DNA of 64,000 bases from Halarcobacter sp. (lineage in GTDB: Bacteria > Campylobacterota > Campylobacteria > Campylobacterales > Arcobacteraceae): the NCBI GenBank assembly GCA_048571215.1, contig CP182352.1, positions 2,528,001 to 2,592,000 on the forward strand, written 5' to 3'. Under the pieces are notes generated by a model. That model saw nothing but the letters and a program-made list of their open reading frames with translations. It did no database searches and was not told where the DNA came from. Made by a program: the position numbers and the translations under genes. Of this stretch, positions 11,890 through 22,251 are shown piece after piece; positions within the stretch are counted from its first letter, which is position 1, and each line of letters opens with the position of its first letter.

Positions 11890-12798
11890 TCAGTTAATTC
11901 TATCTAAAGATAATTTAAATTTCCTATTATATCTAGAAAGCATACTTTCATTGCCTAAAACTCCACCTTGATGGATGTATAATATTGTTGGTAAGTTCGT
12001 AGTCTGGTAGCTTTGCAGGTATTCAAAGAGAGTTTTAAAACCTAGAGAATCATAAAGTAAATCAAACTCTATACCTGTTTGTTCTATAAGTTCTTCATAT
12101 ATTTCTATAAACTCTTTATATAATTTTCCAAAATGATATTTTTTTTCACTTTCTAAAATAATAGGATGATATTTTTCCTCTTTTTCTAAAGAAAAAAACT
12201 GTTTCTTTAAATACTCACTTCCACCAACACAAGATACAGTCAAAACCTCAAAAGGTAAATGCTTTTGTAAAAAAAGTGCTGTTGTACCTGTGCCACTTGG
12301 CAAAAACACTTTAATATCATCAAGTTTTTTCTCTTTGGCCCATGTTTTAATCTCATTTGCTAAAATCTCTACCCCAAACTCTGCTTCTTTTACTCTACCA
12401 CCCTCCTCAATATATAAAATATCATCTTCAAGTAGATTTTTTCTTATAAAAAGATTTAGATCTTCAACATCTTTTTTTATAATATTAGCTCCATTTTTTA
12501 ATGCTTCTTTATAGTTTCCATGGGGATTTTCTTCTAAGTAAGAACCTATATGCTTAACATAAAAGTCAAGCTCTAAACCCTTTAGTTTTGCTAAAACTGA
12601 TAAAGAGTACAAGGAGTTTGCTTGGGCTGAGCCATAAGATATTATCTTTTTTATATTGGGAAAATCCTTTGCTAAAAAGTAATAAAATTTTCTAGCTTTA
12701 TTGCCACTAAAATCTTTGTGTAATAAGTCATCTCTTTTTACATAAAGTTGTTTATTTCTAAATTTAATTTTGTTGATTGGGGAGTTTATATAATTCAT
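11890..12798 (-). CDS. PLP-dependent ACC deaminase/D-cysteine desulfhydrase family protein
   Basis: KRDDL...SGNKARK, SYGSAQAN and PSGTGTT motifs. Confidence 0.85.
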   Translation of the reverse strand: MNYINSPINKIKFRNKQLYVKRDDLLHKDFSGNKARKFYYFLAKDFPNIKKIISYGSAQANSLYSLSVLAKLKGLELDFYVKHIGSYLEENPHGNYKEALKNGANIIKKDVEDLNLFIRKNLLEDDILYIEEGGRVKEAEFGVEILANEIKTWAKEKKLDDIKVFLPSGTGTTALFLQKHLPFEVLTVSCVGGSEYLKKQFFSLEKEEKYHPIILESEKKYHFGKLYKEFIEIYEELIEQTGIEFDLLYDSLGFKTLFEYLQSYQTTNLPTILYIHQGGVLGNESMLSRYNRKFKLSLDRIN

Positions 12799-12848
12799 TA
12801 AGGTAATTATACTAAAATTACACAAAATATTTTAAAAAAGAGTTATTA

Positions 12849-13328
12849 ATGGATTTATTAGAAATTATAGATAAGGGTGGGATTATAGTATATATCTTGA
12901 TATTTTTAAATATTATTGGATTTACTATTATAATTTGGAAATTTTTAACAATCCCAAGAAAAAGAGCAATGGTTGAAAAAATAAAATCTAAAGTTGATAC
13001 AAGTAATCTAAAAAGCTTGGAGATACAAATAGAATATGAAGTGAAAAGATTAGAAGGTGGATTAACTTATATAAAAAATATAGCTTCTGTAGCTCCTTTA
13101 CTTGGTTTATTAGGAACAGTATATGGAGTTTATAAATCTTTTGAAATCATTACACAAAAAGGTTTAGGGGATCCTACAATTTTCTCAGGTGGTATTTCAA
13201 TTGCTCTTATAACAACAATTGCTGGGCTAATAGTAGCAATTCCACACCATATAGCATATAATCACTTTATATCAATGATTGACTCAATTGAACTAAAAGC
13301 AAAAAAAGAGCTAATAGGTAAACAATGA
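12849..13328 (+). CDS. exbB: MotA/TolQ/ExbB proton channel protein
   Basis: APLLGLLGTV and GISIALITTIAGLIVAIP motifs. Confidence 0.85.
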   Translation: MDLLEIIDKGGIIVYILIFLNIIGFTIIIWKFLTIPRKRAMVEKIKSKVDTSNLKSLEIQIEYEVKRLEGGLTYIKNIASVAPLLGLLGTVYGVYKSFEIITQKGLGDPTIFSGGISIALITTIAGLIVAIPHHIAYNHFISMIDSIELKAKKELIGKQ

Positions 13329-13711
13329 AAAGAAGAGAACAATTAGGGATAGACTTAACACCAGTAATTGATGTGGTGTTTATTTTACTAATCTTTTTTA
13401 TAGTAACCTCTGTATTTAAAAAAGAGGAACTAGCTTTAATCCTTGATTTACCAAAAGCAGATGCAAAAGAGACTAAAATAGATAATGATCAAATCTATAT
13501 AGAACTTAGTGAAAAAAAACTTGCTATAAAAGGTATTGAGGTTTCATTTATCTCCCTAGAAGACAATATCAAAGAGATTAAAGATAATAAAAAGCCTGTA
13601 ATTATTAGAATTGATAAGAATACAACATATGAAAGAGTTACAAAAGTTTTAGATTTACTTCAAAAGTATAATTTAAACAATTTAGCTTTGGTTACCAATA
13701 AAGCGGAATAA
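13325..13711 (+). CDS. exbD: ExbD/TolR biopolymer transporter
   Basis: DLTPVIDVVFILLIFF motif; ATGA-coupled to exbB. Confidence 0.85.
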   Translation: MKRREQLGIDLTPVIDVVFILLIFFIVTSVFKKEELALILDLPKADAKETKIDNDQIYIELSEKKLAIKGIEVSFISLEDNIKEIKDNKKPVIIRIDKNTTYERVTKVLDLLQKYNLNNLALVTNKAE

Positions 13712-13739
13712 AAACTAAGCTTAAAGCCTAGTTTTTATT
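13708..13739. terminator. Bidirectional terminator between exbD and fbaA
   Basis: Imperfect hairpin aataaaaactaagct-taa-agcctagtttttatt. Confidence 0.5.
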
Positions 13740-14795
13740 TAATGCACACAAATCAGAAAAAGCTATTTCAAGTCTTGCTATCATAGATTCTTGACCTGAT
13801 CTAATCACTTTTCTTGGGTCATAATAAGATTTATTTGGTTTATCTTCACCCTCAGGGTTTCCAATTTGAGTTTGTAAATAATCATGATATTTAGCCTCAT
13901 AATCTTTTACTCCACTCCAAAATGCCCATTGAGTATCTGTGTCAATATTCATTTTAATAACCCCATAAGAGATAGCTTCTCTAATCTCTTCTAAAGCAGA
14001 ACCTGAACCACCATGGAAAACAAAATCAACAGGTTGTGCTATTGTATTATGTTTTTCTTGAATATATTTTTGAGAGTTGTCTAAAATAACTGGACTTAAT
14101 ACTACATTTCCAGGTTTATAAACCCCATGTACATTACCAAATGAAGCAGCAATTGTAAAGTTTGGTCCAACCTTACTTAACTCTTCATAAGCAAAGCATA
14201 CCTCTTCTGGTTGAGTATAAAGTAAGGCATTATCAACATCAGAGTTATCAACACCATCCTCTTCTCCACCTGTAATACCTAACTCAATCTCAATTAACAT
14301 ATCGATATTGTTCATTCTTTTAAAATAATCTACACAAGTTGAAACATTCTCTTCTAAAGAATCTTCACTTAAATCAAGCATATGAGAAGTAAATAAAGGT
14401 TTACCATGTTTTTCATAAAAAGTTTCACCTGCTTGAAGTAAAGCTTGAATCCAAGGTAATAGTTTTCTAGCTGCATGATCTGTATGTAAAATAACTGGAA
14501 CACCATAAGCTTCAGCCAAAGCGTGAACATGCATAGCACCTGAAATTGCACCAAGTGCAGGAGCATTTGCAGCTTTTAAACCTTTTCCTGCAAAAAATTG
14601 TGCTCCACCATTTGAAAACTGAATAATAACTGGCGAATTAACCTTCGCAGCCACTTCTAATACAGCATTAACGGAATCAGTTCCCACAACATTTACAGCA
14701 GGAATAGCAAAATTATTCTCTTTTGCATATGCAAAAAGTTTTTTAGCCTCACTACCACTTAAAACACCTGGTTTTACAATATCTAATACAGCCAA
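13728..14795 (-). CDS. fbaA: Class II fructose-bisphosphate aldolase
   Basis: ILHTDHA, GGEEDG, FGNVHGVY and FVFHGGSG motifs. Confidence 0.97.
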   Translation of the reverse strand: MAVLDIVKPGVLSGSEAKKLFAYAKENNFAIPAVNVVGTDSVNAVLEVAAKVNSPVIIQFSNGGAQFFAGKGLKAANAPALGAISGAMHVHALAEAYGVPVILHTDHAARKLLPWIQALLQAGETFYEKHGKPLFTSHMLDLSEDSLEENVSTCVDYFKRMNNIDMLIEIELGITGGEEDGVDNSDVDNALLYTQPEEVCFAYEELSKVGPNFTIAASFGNVHGVYKPGNVVLSPVILDNSQKYIQEKHNTIAQPVDFVFHGGSGSALEEIREAISYGVIKMNIDTDTQWAFWSGVKDYEAKYHDYLQTQIGNPEGEDKPNKSYYDPRKVIRSGQESMIARLEIAFSDLCALNKN

Positions 14796-14805
14796 CTTAA
14801 ACTCC

Positions 14806-15630
14806 TTATTTTATAACTATTTTTGCTTTTTTTCTTAAAGATTTTAATTCTGAATCAATTTTTTCTTTAAATTTAGTTTGCAACAACATACCATTAATAT
14901 TTTTTGATACTTTATCATAGTCTAAAGTTTTTGATGGTTCTTTTCCATCTAAATATATAACATGGTAACCAAATTGAGTTTTAACAGGAGTTTTTGTATA
15001 TGTTCCAACTTTTAAAGATTTTGCAGCTTTAGAAAACTCTGGTACCATTTTATCTTCTGAAAATTTACCTAAATAACCACCCTTTGGACCTGTAGGACCA
15101 ACTGACTTTGTTTTTGCTAATTTTTCAAATTCCTCTTTTTTGTTTGAAGCTTTATCTAATGATTTGATTATATCTTTTGCCTCTTTTTCAGTTTTTACTA
15201 AAATATGTCTTGCTTCTAGCATAGTTGGAGTAATAAATTTTTCTTTGTTTTTATTGTAATAAGCTTTTGCCTCTTTTTCAGAAACTTTTATTTTTTTAAA
15301 CTCTTCTTGCATCCAAATCTCTAAAGATAAATCCTCTTTTAGTTTTGCTAATGCTTCTTTAAAAGCTTTTCCTTTATCAACACCACTCTTAACTGCTTTT
15401 TGTGTTAAAAGTTTTCTTTCTACAATTTGGTCTAATACTTTCTCTTTTGATTTTTGTGGTAAAGCATTAAAATCAACTTTTGCATTTCTCAATGCAATGT
15501 TAACATCTTGTTGTGTAATCTTATCACCATTTACTGAACCATAACTATCAGCAGCATTTAATGCCCCAGTAGTTATTGCAATAGAAGCTATTAAACTTGT
15601 AACAATTTTTTTAGTTGTAATTTTAAACAT
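14806..15630 (-). CDS. Periplasmic PpiC-type peptidyl-prolyl isomerase (PEB4/Cbf2-like)
   Basis: Signal peptide, ARHILV, GGYLG, MVPEF and TQFGYHVI motifs. Confidence 0.9.
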   Translation of the reverse strand: MFKITTKKIVTSLIASIAITTGALNAADSYGSVNGDKITQQDVNIALRNAKVDFNALPQKSKEKVLDQIVERKLLTQKAVKSGVDKGKAFKEALAKLKEDLSLEIWMQEEFKKIKVSEKEAKAYYNKNKEKFITPTMLEARHILVKTEKEAKDIIKSLDKASNKKEEFEKLAKTKSVGPTGPKGGYLGKFSEDKMVPEFSKAAKSLKVGTYTKTPVKTQFGYHVIYLDGKEPSKTLDYDKVSKNINGMLLQTKFKEKIDSELKSLRKKAKIVIK

Positions 15631-15856
15631 TATATTCCTTCTTTGAGTTTACTTTATTAGTGATTTGTATTCTATCTTTATTTTATTAACAAAGAGTTAA
15701 TTTAAAAAAAAATTATTAGAGAAAATATACACTAATTAGTAAATTTTAAAATTTAGCTTAAAAACCCTTTAAATTTTAAGGAATTTATGATATAATTCCG
15801 CTCAAAAATTAAGATTAACTTAAATTTAAGCTAATTTGAAAGCAAGGGAAGTCTAA

Positions 15857-16540
15857 ATGAGAATACTTATTATTGAAGATGAAATTACACTAAACAGAAC
15901 GTTACAAGAGGGGTTAACCGATTTTGGTTACCAAGTTGACACAGCAGAAAATTATAAAGATGCTGAATATTTCATCGACATTAGAAATTATGATTTAGTT
16001 TTAACTGATTGGATGTTACCAGATGGAGACGGTATTGAACTATGTAAAATTGTAAAAAATAGAAGTTCAAGAACTGCTGTTGTTATATTATCTGCAAGAG
16101 ATGATAAAGATTCAGAAATTGAAGCACTTAAATCAGGTGCTGATGATTATATTAAAAAACCATTTGATTTTGATATTTTACTAGCAAGAATTGAAGCTAG
16201 ATTAAGATTTGGTGGAACAAATGTAATTGAGATTGAAAATTTATCTATTAATCCAGATGAAGAAAAAATTGAATACAACGGTGAAGAGATAGAATTAAAA
16301 GGTAAACCTTTTGAAGTTCTAACTCACTTAGCTAGACATAGAGATCAAATTGTATCAAAAGAACAACTTTTAGATGCTATTTGGGAAGAACCAGAACTAG
16401 TTACTCCAAATGTTATTGAGGTTGCAATCAACCAAATTAGACAAAAAATGGATAAACCATTAAATATTTCTACTATCGAAACAATTAGAAGAAGAGGTTA
16501 TAGATTCTGTTACCCAGATAATGGTGCAGAAAACAACTAA
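15857..16540 (+). CDS. hsrA: OmpR-family homeostatic response regulator (HsrA/CosR type)
   Basis: Receiver plus winged helix with KGKPFEVLTHLARHRDQIVSKEQLLDAIWEEPE; peb4-fbaA synteny as in other Campylobacterota. Confidence 0.85.
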   Translation: MRILIIEDEITLNRTLQEGLTDFGYQVDTAENYKDAEYFIDIRNYDLVLTDWMLPDGDGIELCKIVKNRSSRTAVVILSARDDKDSEIEALKSGADDYIKKPFDFDILLARIEARLRFGGTNVIEIENLSINPDEEKIEYNGEEIELKGKPFEVLTHLARHRDQIVSKEQLLDAIWEEPELVTPNVIEVAINQIRQKMDKPLNISTIETIRRRGYRFCYPDNGAENN

Positions 16541-16556
16541 TTTCTAAGATAAAATA

Positions 16557-17849
16557 ATGCAAGCGAAGAGTATATATAGACAGTTTCATCAAAAACTTGT
16601 TATTGCTACTTCGCTGTTTATTACCGTACTATCTTTTATATTTTACGGCTTTACAAAATCAACTATTTTTGATGAACTCCAAGAATCTTTATATGCGGAT
16701 GCAGAACTAATACTTAAAATTAGCCAAAGGTCAGATTTGACCAGTGAAAACTTTAATGTAATCACAAATGGTGGAACAAATATAGATATAGTAAAACTAG
16801 ACGATATTCCAGCTGTAGCATACACAACATTTAAAATCAAAAATGATAATTTTATACAAATTTTATACCCTTTTGATACAACTAAAAAACTTTATATTAA
16901 AATAATAAAAAATATAAACTCATCTATAAATATGTTAAATAAAATATTTAATAATATTTTGCTTTTATCTTTAGGTGGTTTTATACTTGTAATATTATAT
17001 GCATTTACAGTTTCCAAATCTTTACTTAGACCTATTATTCAAATCACTAGAAAACTTATAAATATGGATGAGAATTTTTTAACACAAATTGATAAAAAAC
17101 ATCTTCCTATTGAGTTTCATCCATTGGCAAACTCAATCAACTCTCTTACAGCTAGAATTGAGAGTAATATAAGGTTTAAAAAAGAGTTGTTTATTGGTGT
17201 TGCGCATGAACTTAAAACACCACTTGCTGTTATGAAACTAAAAAATGAAGTAACACTTATGAAAGAAAGAACTCCTGAAAAGTATCAAGAAACACTTAAA
17301 CTTTCAGTTGATCAAATAAACGATATGAATAAAATGATTAGCTCAATTTTAGATATAGGAAGAGCTGAGGGTGCACAATTTGAAAAACCTGAAGAGATAG
17401 ATTTAGTACAATATTTACAAAGAAAAACAAATGATTATAGAATGTTAAGTGCAAAAAAGAAAATTGTATTAACCTTTTTCTCAAATGTAAATCATCTTGA
17501 AATCTATTTACAAGCAACACTTCTAAATCAAATAATCCAAAACTTTGTACAAAATGCAATAAAATTTACTCCAGATGATAAAGCAATTGCAATAAGAATA
17601 AACAAACAAAAAGATATAGCAACAATAACTGTAACTGATGATGGTGCAGGGATTGATGAATCTATTGATTTATTTGCGCCATTTAAAAGAATGGGACAAG
17701 AAAGTGGTGCTGGATTAGGACTATTTTTGGCAAAAAATGCTGCTGATTCATTGGGAGCTGAGATAAGTTTAAAAAATAGAACTGACGGTAATAGCGGATG
17801 TGTTGCCTCACTTACTTTAACAAACACACCCACTTGTAAATTTAGTTAA
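16557..17849 (+). CDS. Sensor histidine kinase cognate to the upstream regulator
   Basis: Two TM segments, VAHELKTPL, NAIKF, DDGAGI and GAGLGL motifs. Confidence 0.9.
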   Translation: MQAKSIYRQFHQKLVIATSLFITVLSFIFYGFTKSTIFDELQESLYADAELILKISQRSDLTSENFNVITNGGTNIDIVKLDDIPAVAYTTFKIKNDNFIQILYPFDTTKKLYIKIIKNINSSINMLNKIFNNILLLSLGGFILVILYAFTVSKSLLRPIIQITRKLINMDENFLTQIDKKHLPIEFHPLANSINSLTARIESNIRFKKELFIGVAHELKTPLAVMKLKNEVTLMKERTPEKYQETLKLSVDQINDMNKMISSILDIGRAEGAQFEKPEEIDLVQYLQRKTNDYRMLSAKKKIVLTFFSNVNHLEIYLQATLLNQIIQNFVQNAIKFTPDDKAIAIRINKQKDIATITVTDDGAGIDESIDLFAPFKRMGQESGAGLGLFLAKNAADSLGAEISLKNRTDGNSGCVASLTLTNTPTCKFS

Positions 17850-18273
17850 AAATATTTCTATGTTCTATTTTGGTACATTTATTTTGTACCACTTTTAAGC
17901 CTGCTTCTTCTGCTTTTTTTGCCGCTTCATTATTTACAAGTCCTAGTTGAGTCCAAACTGTATCAACATCTCCTCGTTCAATAGCAGCATCAACAACTAG
18001 TCCAATTACATCAGGTTTTCTAAAAATATCAACCATATCAACTTTAAATGGGATCTCTTTTAGACTTCTATATACCTTTTCACCTAAAATCTCTTCCTCT
18101 TTTGGATAAACAGGTACCATTTTAAAACCAGCATTTTTTAAATAGTTTGCAACCATATTGCTTGCTTTACTTGGGTCTGGAGAACAACCGATTACTGCAA
18201 TGGTTTTTGTATTTTCAAAAATCTCTTTTATCTCATCACTACTACTATTTACACTTGGAAATTCACACTCCAT
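17842..18273 (-). CDS. CoA-binding protein
   Basis: IAVIGCSPDPSKAS, VDMVDIFR and VWTQLG motifs. Confidence 0.88.
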   Translation of the reverse strand: MECEFPSVNSSSDEIKEIFENTKTIAVIGCSPDPSKASNMVANYLKNAGFKMVPVYPKEEEILGEKVYRSLKEIPFKVDMVDIFRKPDVIGLVVDAAIERGDVDTVWTQLGLVNNEAAKKAEEAGLKVVQNKCTKIEHRNIFN

Positions 18274-18339
18274 TAATAATCCTTTTAATTTTTCTTTTTA
18301 TAATATCAAAATATTATTAAGCATACTTTTAAGCTTTAT

Positions 18340-18360
18340 TATTAACACTTCATTATCAAA
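18340..18360 (+). repeat. 21-bp direct repeat, copy 1 (copy 2 at 19539-19559)
   Basis: tattaacacttcattatcaaa, identical in both copies. Confidence 0.85.
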
Positions 18361-18459
18361 AATCTTAAATTATAATAAAAAACTACTAAGCACTTTATTC
18401 TTATTTTTTATCTCCTAAGATAAATTTTAGTATAGTACATTTTTTAAAAAGGATTTATC

Positions 18460-18810
18460 GTGTTAAAAGGTATTATTACTCTATTATTATTTCAATTTAT
18501 GGGTGAATGTGTTACAAAATTTTTTGATTTATTAGTTCCAGGACCTGTCATTGGAATGATTTTTTTATTAATATTTTTATTGATTAGAAAAAGAAGTTTT
18601 ATTAGTCTTGACAATGCAGTTACTCTACACTTAAGATATTTGCCACTACTTTTTATACCGGCTGCCATGGGTATTATCACCCAAATTGATATTATCAGCA
18701 AAGAGTTTTGGGCAATAACAATTGCACTTTTTGTTGGAACCATAGTTGCTCTTATATTTACAGCAAAATTTATAGATTATCTTACAAATAAGGCTCAAAC
18801 AAATGAATAA
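18460..18810 (+). CDS. CidA/LrgA family holin-like protein
   Basis: PGPVIGM and LLFIPAAMG motifs; paired with LrgB. Confidence 0.88.
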   Translation: MLKGIITLLLFQFMGECVTKFFDLLVPGPVIGMIFLLIFLLIRKRSFISLDNAVTLHLRYLPLLFIPAAMGIITQIDIISKEFWAITIALFVGTIVALIFTAKFIDYLTNKAQTNE

Positions 18811-19516
18811 AGAAGCTTTAATAACTTATATACATTCTACACCACTAACTTGGTTGATTGCCACATTAGCAGCTTTTAAATTAGGAATAATCATTTATGA
18901 AAAATGTAACAAACACACTTTATTGCAACCAATAATTATAGCTTATGTGATTCTTATAACTTTAATTATCTACACAAATACCTCTTATGAAGAGTATTTT
19001 AAAGGTGTTCAAATTATTCATTTCTTTTTAGGACCAGCAACTGTTGCTTTAGCCTTACCATTATATAAAAACTTAAAATATATAAAATCACTTTTTATAC
19101 CCATAGTTTTTACCTTATTTATAGCTGGTGTTTTTTCAATTGTAATAGCTATTTCATTACTTTGGATTTTTGGAGCACAATTACCAACAATTTTATCTAT
19201 GACAACAAAATCAATCACAGCACCAATTGCAATAATCACTTCTGAACAAATAGGTGGCATACCATCTTTAGCAGTTGGTTTTGTACTAATTACTGGAATT
19301 ATTGGCGCTTTATTTGGTACAATTATTTTTAAACTTATAAAAATAAAACATGATACTTCAAAGGGTTTTGCTCTTGGTTTAGTTTCCCATGGAATTGGAA
19401 CAGCAAGAGCTATAGAAATAAGTGAAAAAGCAGCTGCATTTTCTGCACTTGCAATGGGACTTAGTGGGATATTTACAGCTATTTTTCTTCCTATGATAAT
19501 TACTTTTTTTAAGTAA
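18803..19516 (+). CDS. LrgB/CidB family membrane protein
   Basis: LGPATVALALPLY, KSITAPIA and SHGIGTARA motifs. Confidence 0.9.
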   Translation: MNKEALITYIHSTPLTWLIATLAAFKLGIIIYEKCNKHTLLQPIIIAYVILITLIIYTNTSYEEYFKGVQIIHFFLGPATVALALPLYKNLKYIKSLFIPIVFTLFIAGVFSIVIAISLLWIFGAQLPTILSMTTKSITAPIAIITSEQIGGIPSLAVGFVLITGIIGALFGTIIFKLIKIKHDTSKGFALGLVSHGIGTARAIEISEKAAAFSALAMGLSGIFTAIFLPMIITFFK

Positions 19517-19538
19517 TTATCAGAAGTTAAACTATCAC

Positions 19539-19559
19539 TATTAACACTTCATTATCAAA
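19539..19559 (+). repeat. 21-bp direct repeat, copy 2
   Basis: tattaacacttcattatcaaa, identical to 18340-18360. Confidence 0.85.
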
Positions 19560-19603
19560 CTATTAATTTTTTAACTATACAATTCTTTTTTTAAAGGAAA
19601 AAT

Positions 19604-21217
19604 ATGAAAAACATTACAACTAATAAACTTATATTATTTACATCAATTTATATGACGTTATTTTATAACTACACATTTTTTAAAAATATTATAAAGGTTT
19701 ATGGTTTTGAAAATTACAATATTTTGTATATTGCATCAACAGCTTTAGTACTATTTGCTTTAATTGTATTTTTATTTAGTATAGTAAGTAGTAGATTTAC
19801 AACAAAACCTTTGTTGATCTTAGTCTTATTTATCTCTTCATTTGCATCCTATTTCATGGATACCTACAATACCATAATAGATAGTGAGATGATAAGAAAT
19901 GTTGTTCAAACCAATATAAATGAATCTATGGACTTAATTAGTATGAAGTTAGTTTTATATATTTTATTATTGGGTGTTTTACCTTCTATTTTTATTTATA
20001 AAACAAAAATAGAGTATGGAACTTTTAAACAAGAGTTATTTTCAAAACTAAAAATACTAAGTTTATCTTTGATTATTATAGTTATTATGCTTTTATCATT
20101 TAGCAGATTTTATTCTTCATTTTTTAGGGAACATAAACCTTTAAGATACCATGTAAATCCTATTTATTGGATTTATAGTATTAGTAAATATATAAACTCA
20201 AGTGTCAATTCTGGACCTATTGTAGTAAAACCTATAGGTAAAGATGCAAAAATTATTCCCGATAAGAATGGCAAAGAAGATGAAAAAACAGAACTAGTTA
20301 TAATGGTTGTAGGTGAAGCAGCAAGAGCAGATAGATTCTCTTTAAATGGTTATGAAAAAGAGACAAACCCTCTTCTAAAAAAAGAAGATATTATTAACTT
20401 TCCAAATATGTATTCATGTGGTACTGCTACAGCTCAATCAGTTCCTTGCATGTTTTCTATTTATGATAGAAGTGATTATGATTATAAAAAAGGAATCTCA
20501 ACAGAAAATGTTGTTGATGTTTTAAAGCATACAAATTTTATAAATATCTTATGGAGAGATAATAACTCTGATTCAAAAGGGGTTGCTTTAAGGGTTGAAT
20601 TTGAAGATTATAGAACATCAAAAACTAATACTATATGTGATGATGTTGAGTGTAGAGATGAGGGAATGTTAGTTGGACTTGATGAGTATATAAAAAAACA
20701 TAAGGGTGAAGATATTTTAATTGTGCTTCATCAAATGGGAAATCATGGTCCAGCCTATTACAAAAGATATCCAAAATCTTTTGAAAAATTTACCCCGGTA
20801 TGTAAAACAAACCAATTAGAACAATGTACAAAAGAGGAAGTAAGCAATGCCTATGATAATGCTATTTTGTATACTGATTATTTTTTATCAAAGGTTATTA
20901 ACTTTTTAAAACCCTATTCAAAAGATTATGAAACTGCAATGATTTATATGAGTGATCATGGGGAAAGTTTAGGTGAAAATGGTTTTTACCTTCATGGTAT
21001 ACCTTATATTATTGCACCAAATGAACAAAAACACATAGGCTCAATAATGTGGTTTGGAGAAGATATAAAAGAAGATATAGATACAAAAAAACTATCTACA
21101 TATAAAAATAATGAGTTTTCACAAGATAATCTTTTCCATACTCTTTTAGGAATTTTTGAAGTTGATAGTAAAGTATATGACAAAGATAAGGATATATTAT
21201 TTAATGCACAAAAGTAA
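19604..21217 (+). CDS. eptA: Phosphoethanolamine--lipid A transferase (EptA/MCR family)
   Basis: N-terminal TM domain; VVGEAARAD, SCGTATAQSVPCMFS, HQMGNHGP and SDHGESLGE motifs. Confidence 0.92.
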   Translation: MKNITTNKLILFTSIYMTLFYNYTFFKNIIKVYGFENYNILYIASTALVLFALIVFLFSIVSSRFTTKPLLILVLFISSFASYFMDTYNTIIDSEMIRNVVQTNINESMDLISMKLVLYILLLGVLPSIFIYKTKIEYGTFKQELFSKLKILSLSLIIIVIMLLSFSRFYSSFFREHKPLRYHVNPIYWIYSISKYINSSVNSGPIVVKPIGKDAKIIPDKNGKEDEKTELVIMVVGEAARADRFSLNGYEKETNPLLKKEDIINFPNMYSCGTATAQSVPCMFSIYDRSDYDYKKGISTENVVDVLKHTNFINILWRDNNSDSKGVALRVEFEDYRTSKTNTICDDVECRDEGMLVGLDEYIKKHKGEDILIVLHQMGNHGPAYYKRYPKSFEKFTPVCKTNQLEQCTKEEVSNAYDNAILYTDYFLSKVINFLKPYSKDYETAMIYMSDHGESLGENGFYLHGIPYIIAPNEQKHIGSIMWFGEDIKEDIDTKKLSTYKNNEFSQDNLFHTLLGIFEVDSKVYDKDKDILFNAQK

Positions 21218-21911
21218 TATTTTTCAACTATCAATAACAATTGTTTTATTACTAATAACCTTAGCAATATTCCAGTTTACTCAACTTGATATCTATGTTC
21301 AAGAGTTTTTCTATGATTTTGAATCAAAAAGTTGGCTTATAGATAAAAAAGAGCCTATTTTAAAACTCTTTTTATATGATACAGTTAAAGTTTCACTTAT
21401 CATTTTTGCTGTTTGTATACTAATATCCTTAATTTTCTTTAGAAAAAAAAGATTGATACAAGAATACAAAAAGGGTCTATTGGTAGTTTTGTTATCAGCT
21501 ATTTTTGTTCCTTTGAGCATTGGAGCACTAAAGAAATATACTAACACTCCTTGCCCTTGTAATATACAACATTTTAATGGCTCTTATCCTGATATAAAGG
21601 TATTTGATTCATATCCAAAAGATTTTGTTCAAAAATCAAAGGCTAGATGTTGGCCTGCTGGTCATGCTAGTGCTGGATTTGCTCTTATGTCCTTGTTTTT
21701 TTTATTTAAAAAAGATAAAAATAAAAAAATAGCCCTAATAGCTGCAATAACTTTAGGGTGGATTACAGGTATTTATAAAATGGTTTTAGGGGATCATTTC
21801 CTAAGTCATACTATAATCACAATGTTGTTAAGTTGGATTATTATAATAAGTATTAATAATCTTGTAAACAAATCAAAAAAGGATAACTTTGAGAAACCAA
21901 CCCAAATATAA
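21204..21911 (+). CDS. PAP2-family membrane phosphatase
   Basis: K...PCP, CWPAGHAS and GDHFLSH motifs. Confidence 0.85.
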   Translation: MHKSNIFQLSITIVLLLITLAIFQFTQLDIYVQEFFYDFESKSWLIDKKEPILKLFLYDTVKVSLIIFAVCILISLIFFRKKRLIQEYKKGLLVVLLSAIFVPLSIGALKKYTNTPCPCNIQHFNGSYPDIKVFDSYPKDFVQKSKARCWPAGHASAGFALMSLFFLFKKDKNKKIALIAAITLGWITGIYKMVLGDHFLSHTIITMLLSWIIIISINNLVNKSKKDNFEKPTQI

Positions 21912-22251
21912 TTTTTTTAAAAATACAAACTATGCACTTAAAGGTTTATTAGATTTATTAAAAACAGAAAACTCTTTTAGACTAGAACTTTTAATTGTAA
22001 TAATTTTAATACCTACACTTTTTTTTATTGATACTTCAATTACAAATAAACTACTTATGTTTGTAACACTTATGGGGATGCCACTTACTGAAGCTATAAA
22101 CAGTGCCATTGAAAGAGCTGTGGACTTGGTAACTTTAGAACATCATCAAATGGCAGGAAGAGCTAAAGATGCAGGAAGTGCTGCTGTGTTTTTAAGTATC
22201 TCAATTTTTGTAATTACTTGGCTTGTTATACTTTATGATACTTTTATCTAA
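21889..22251 (+). CDS. dgkA: Diacylglycerol kinase
   Basis: EAINSAIERAVD and AGRAKDAGSAAV motifs. Confidence 0.92.
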   Translation: MRNQPKYNFFKNTNYALKGLLDLLKTENSFRLELLIVIILIPTLFFIDTSITNKLLMFVTLMGMPLTEAINSAIERAVDLVTLEHHQMAGRAKDAGSAAVFLSISIFVITWLVILYDTFI

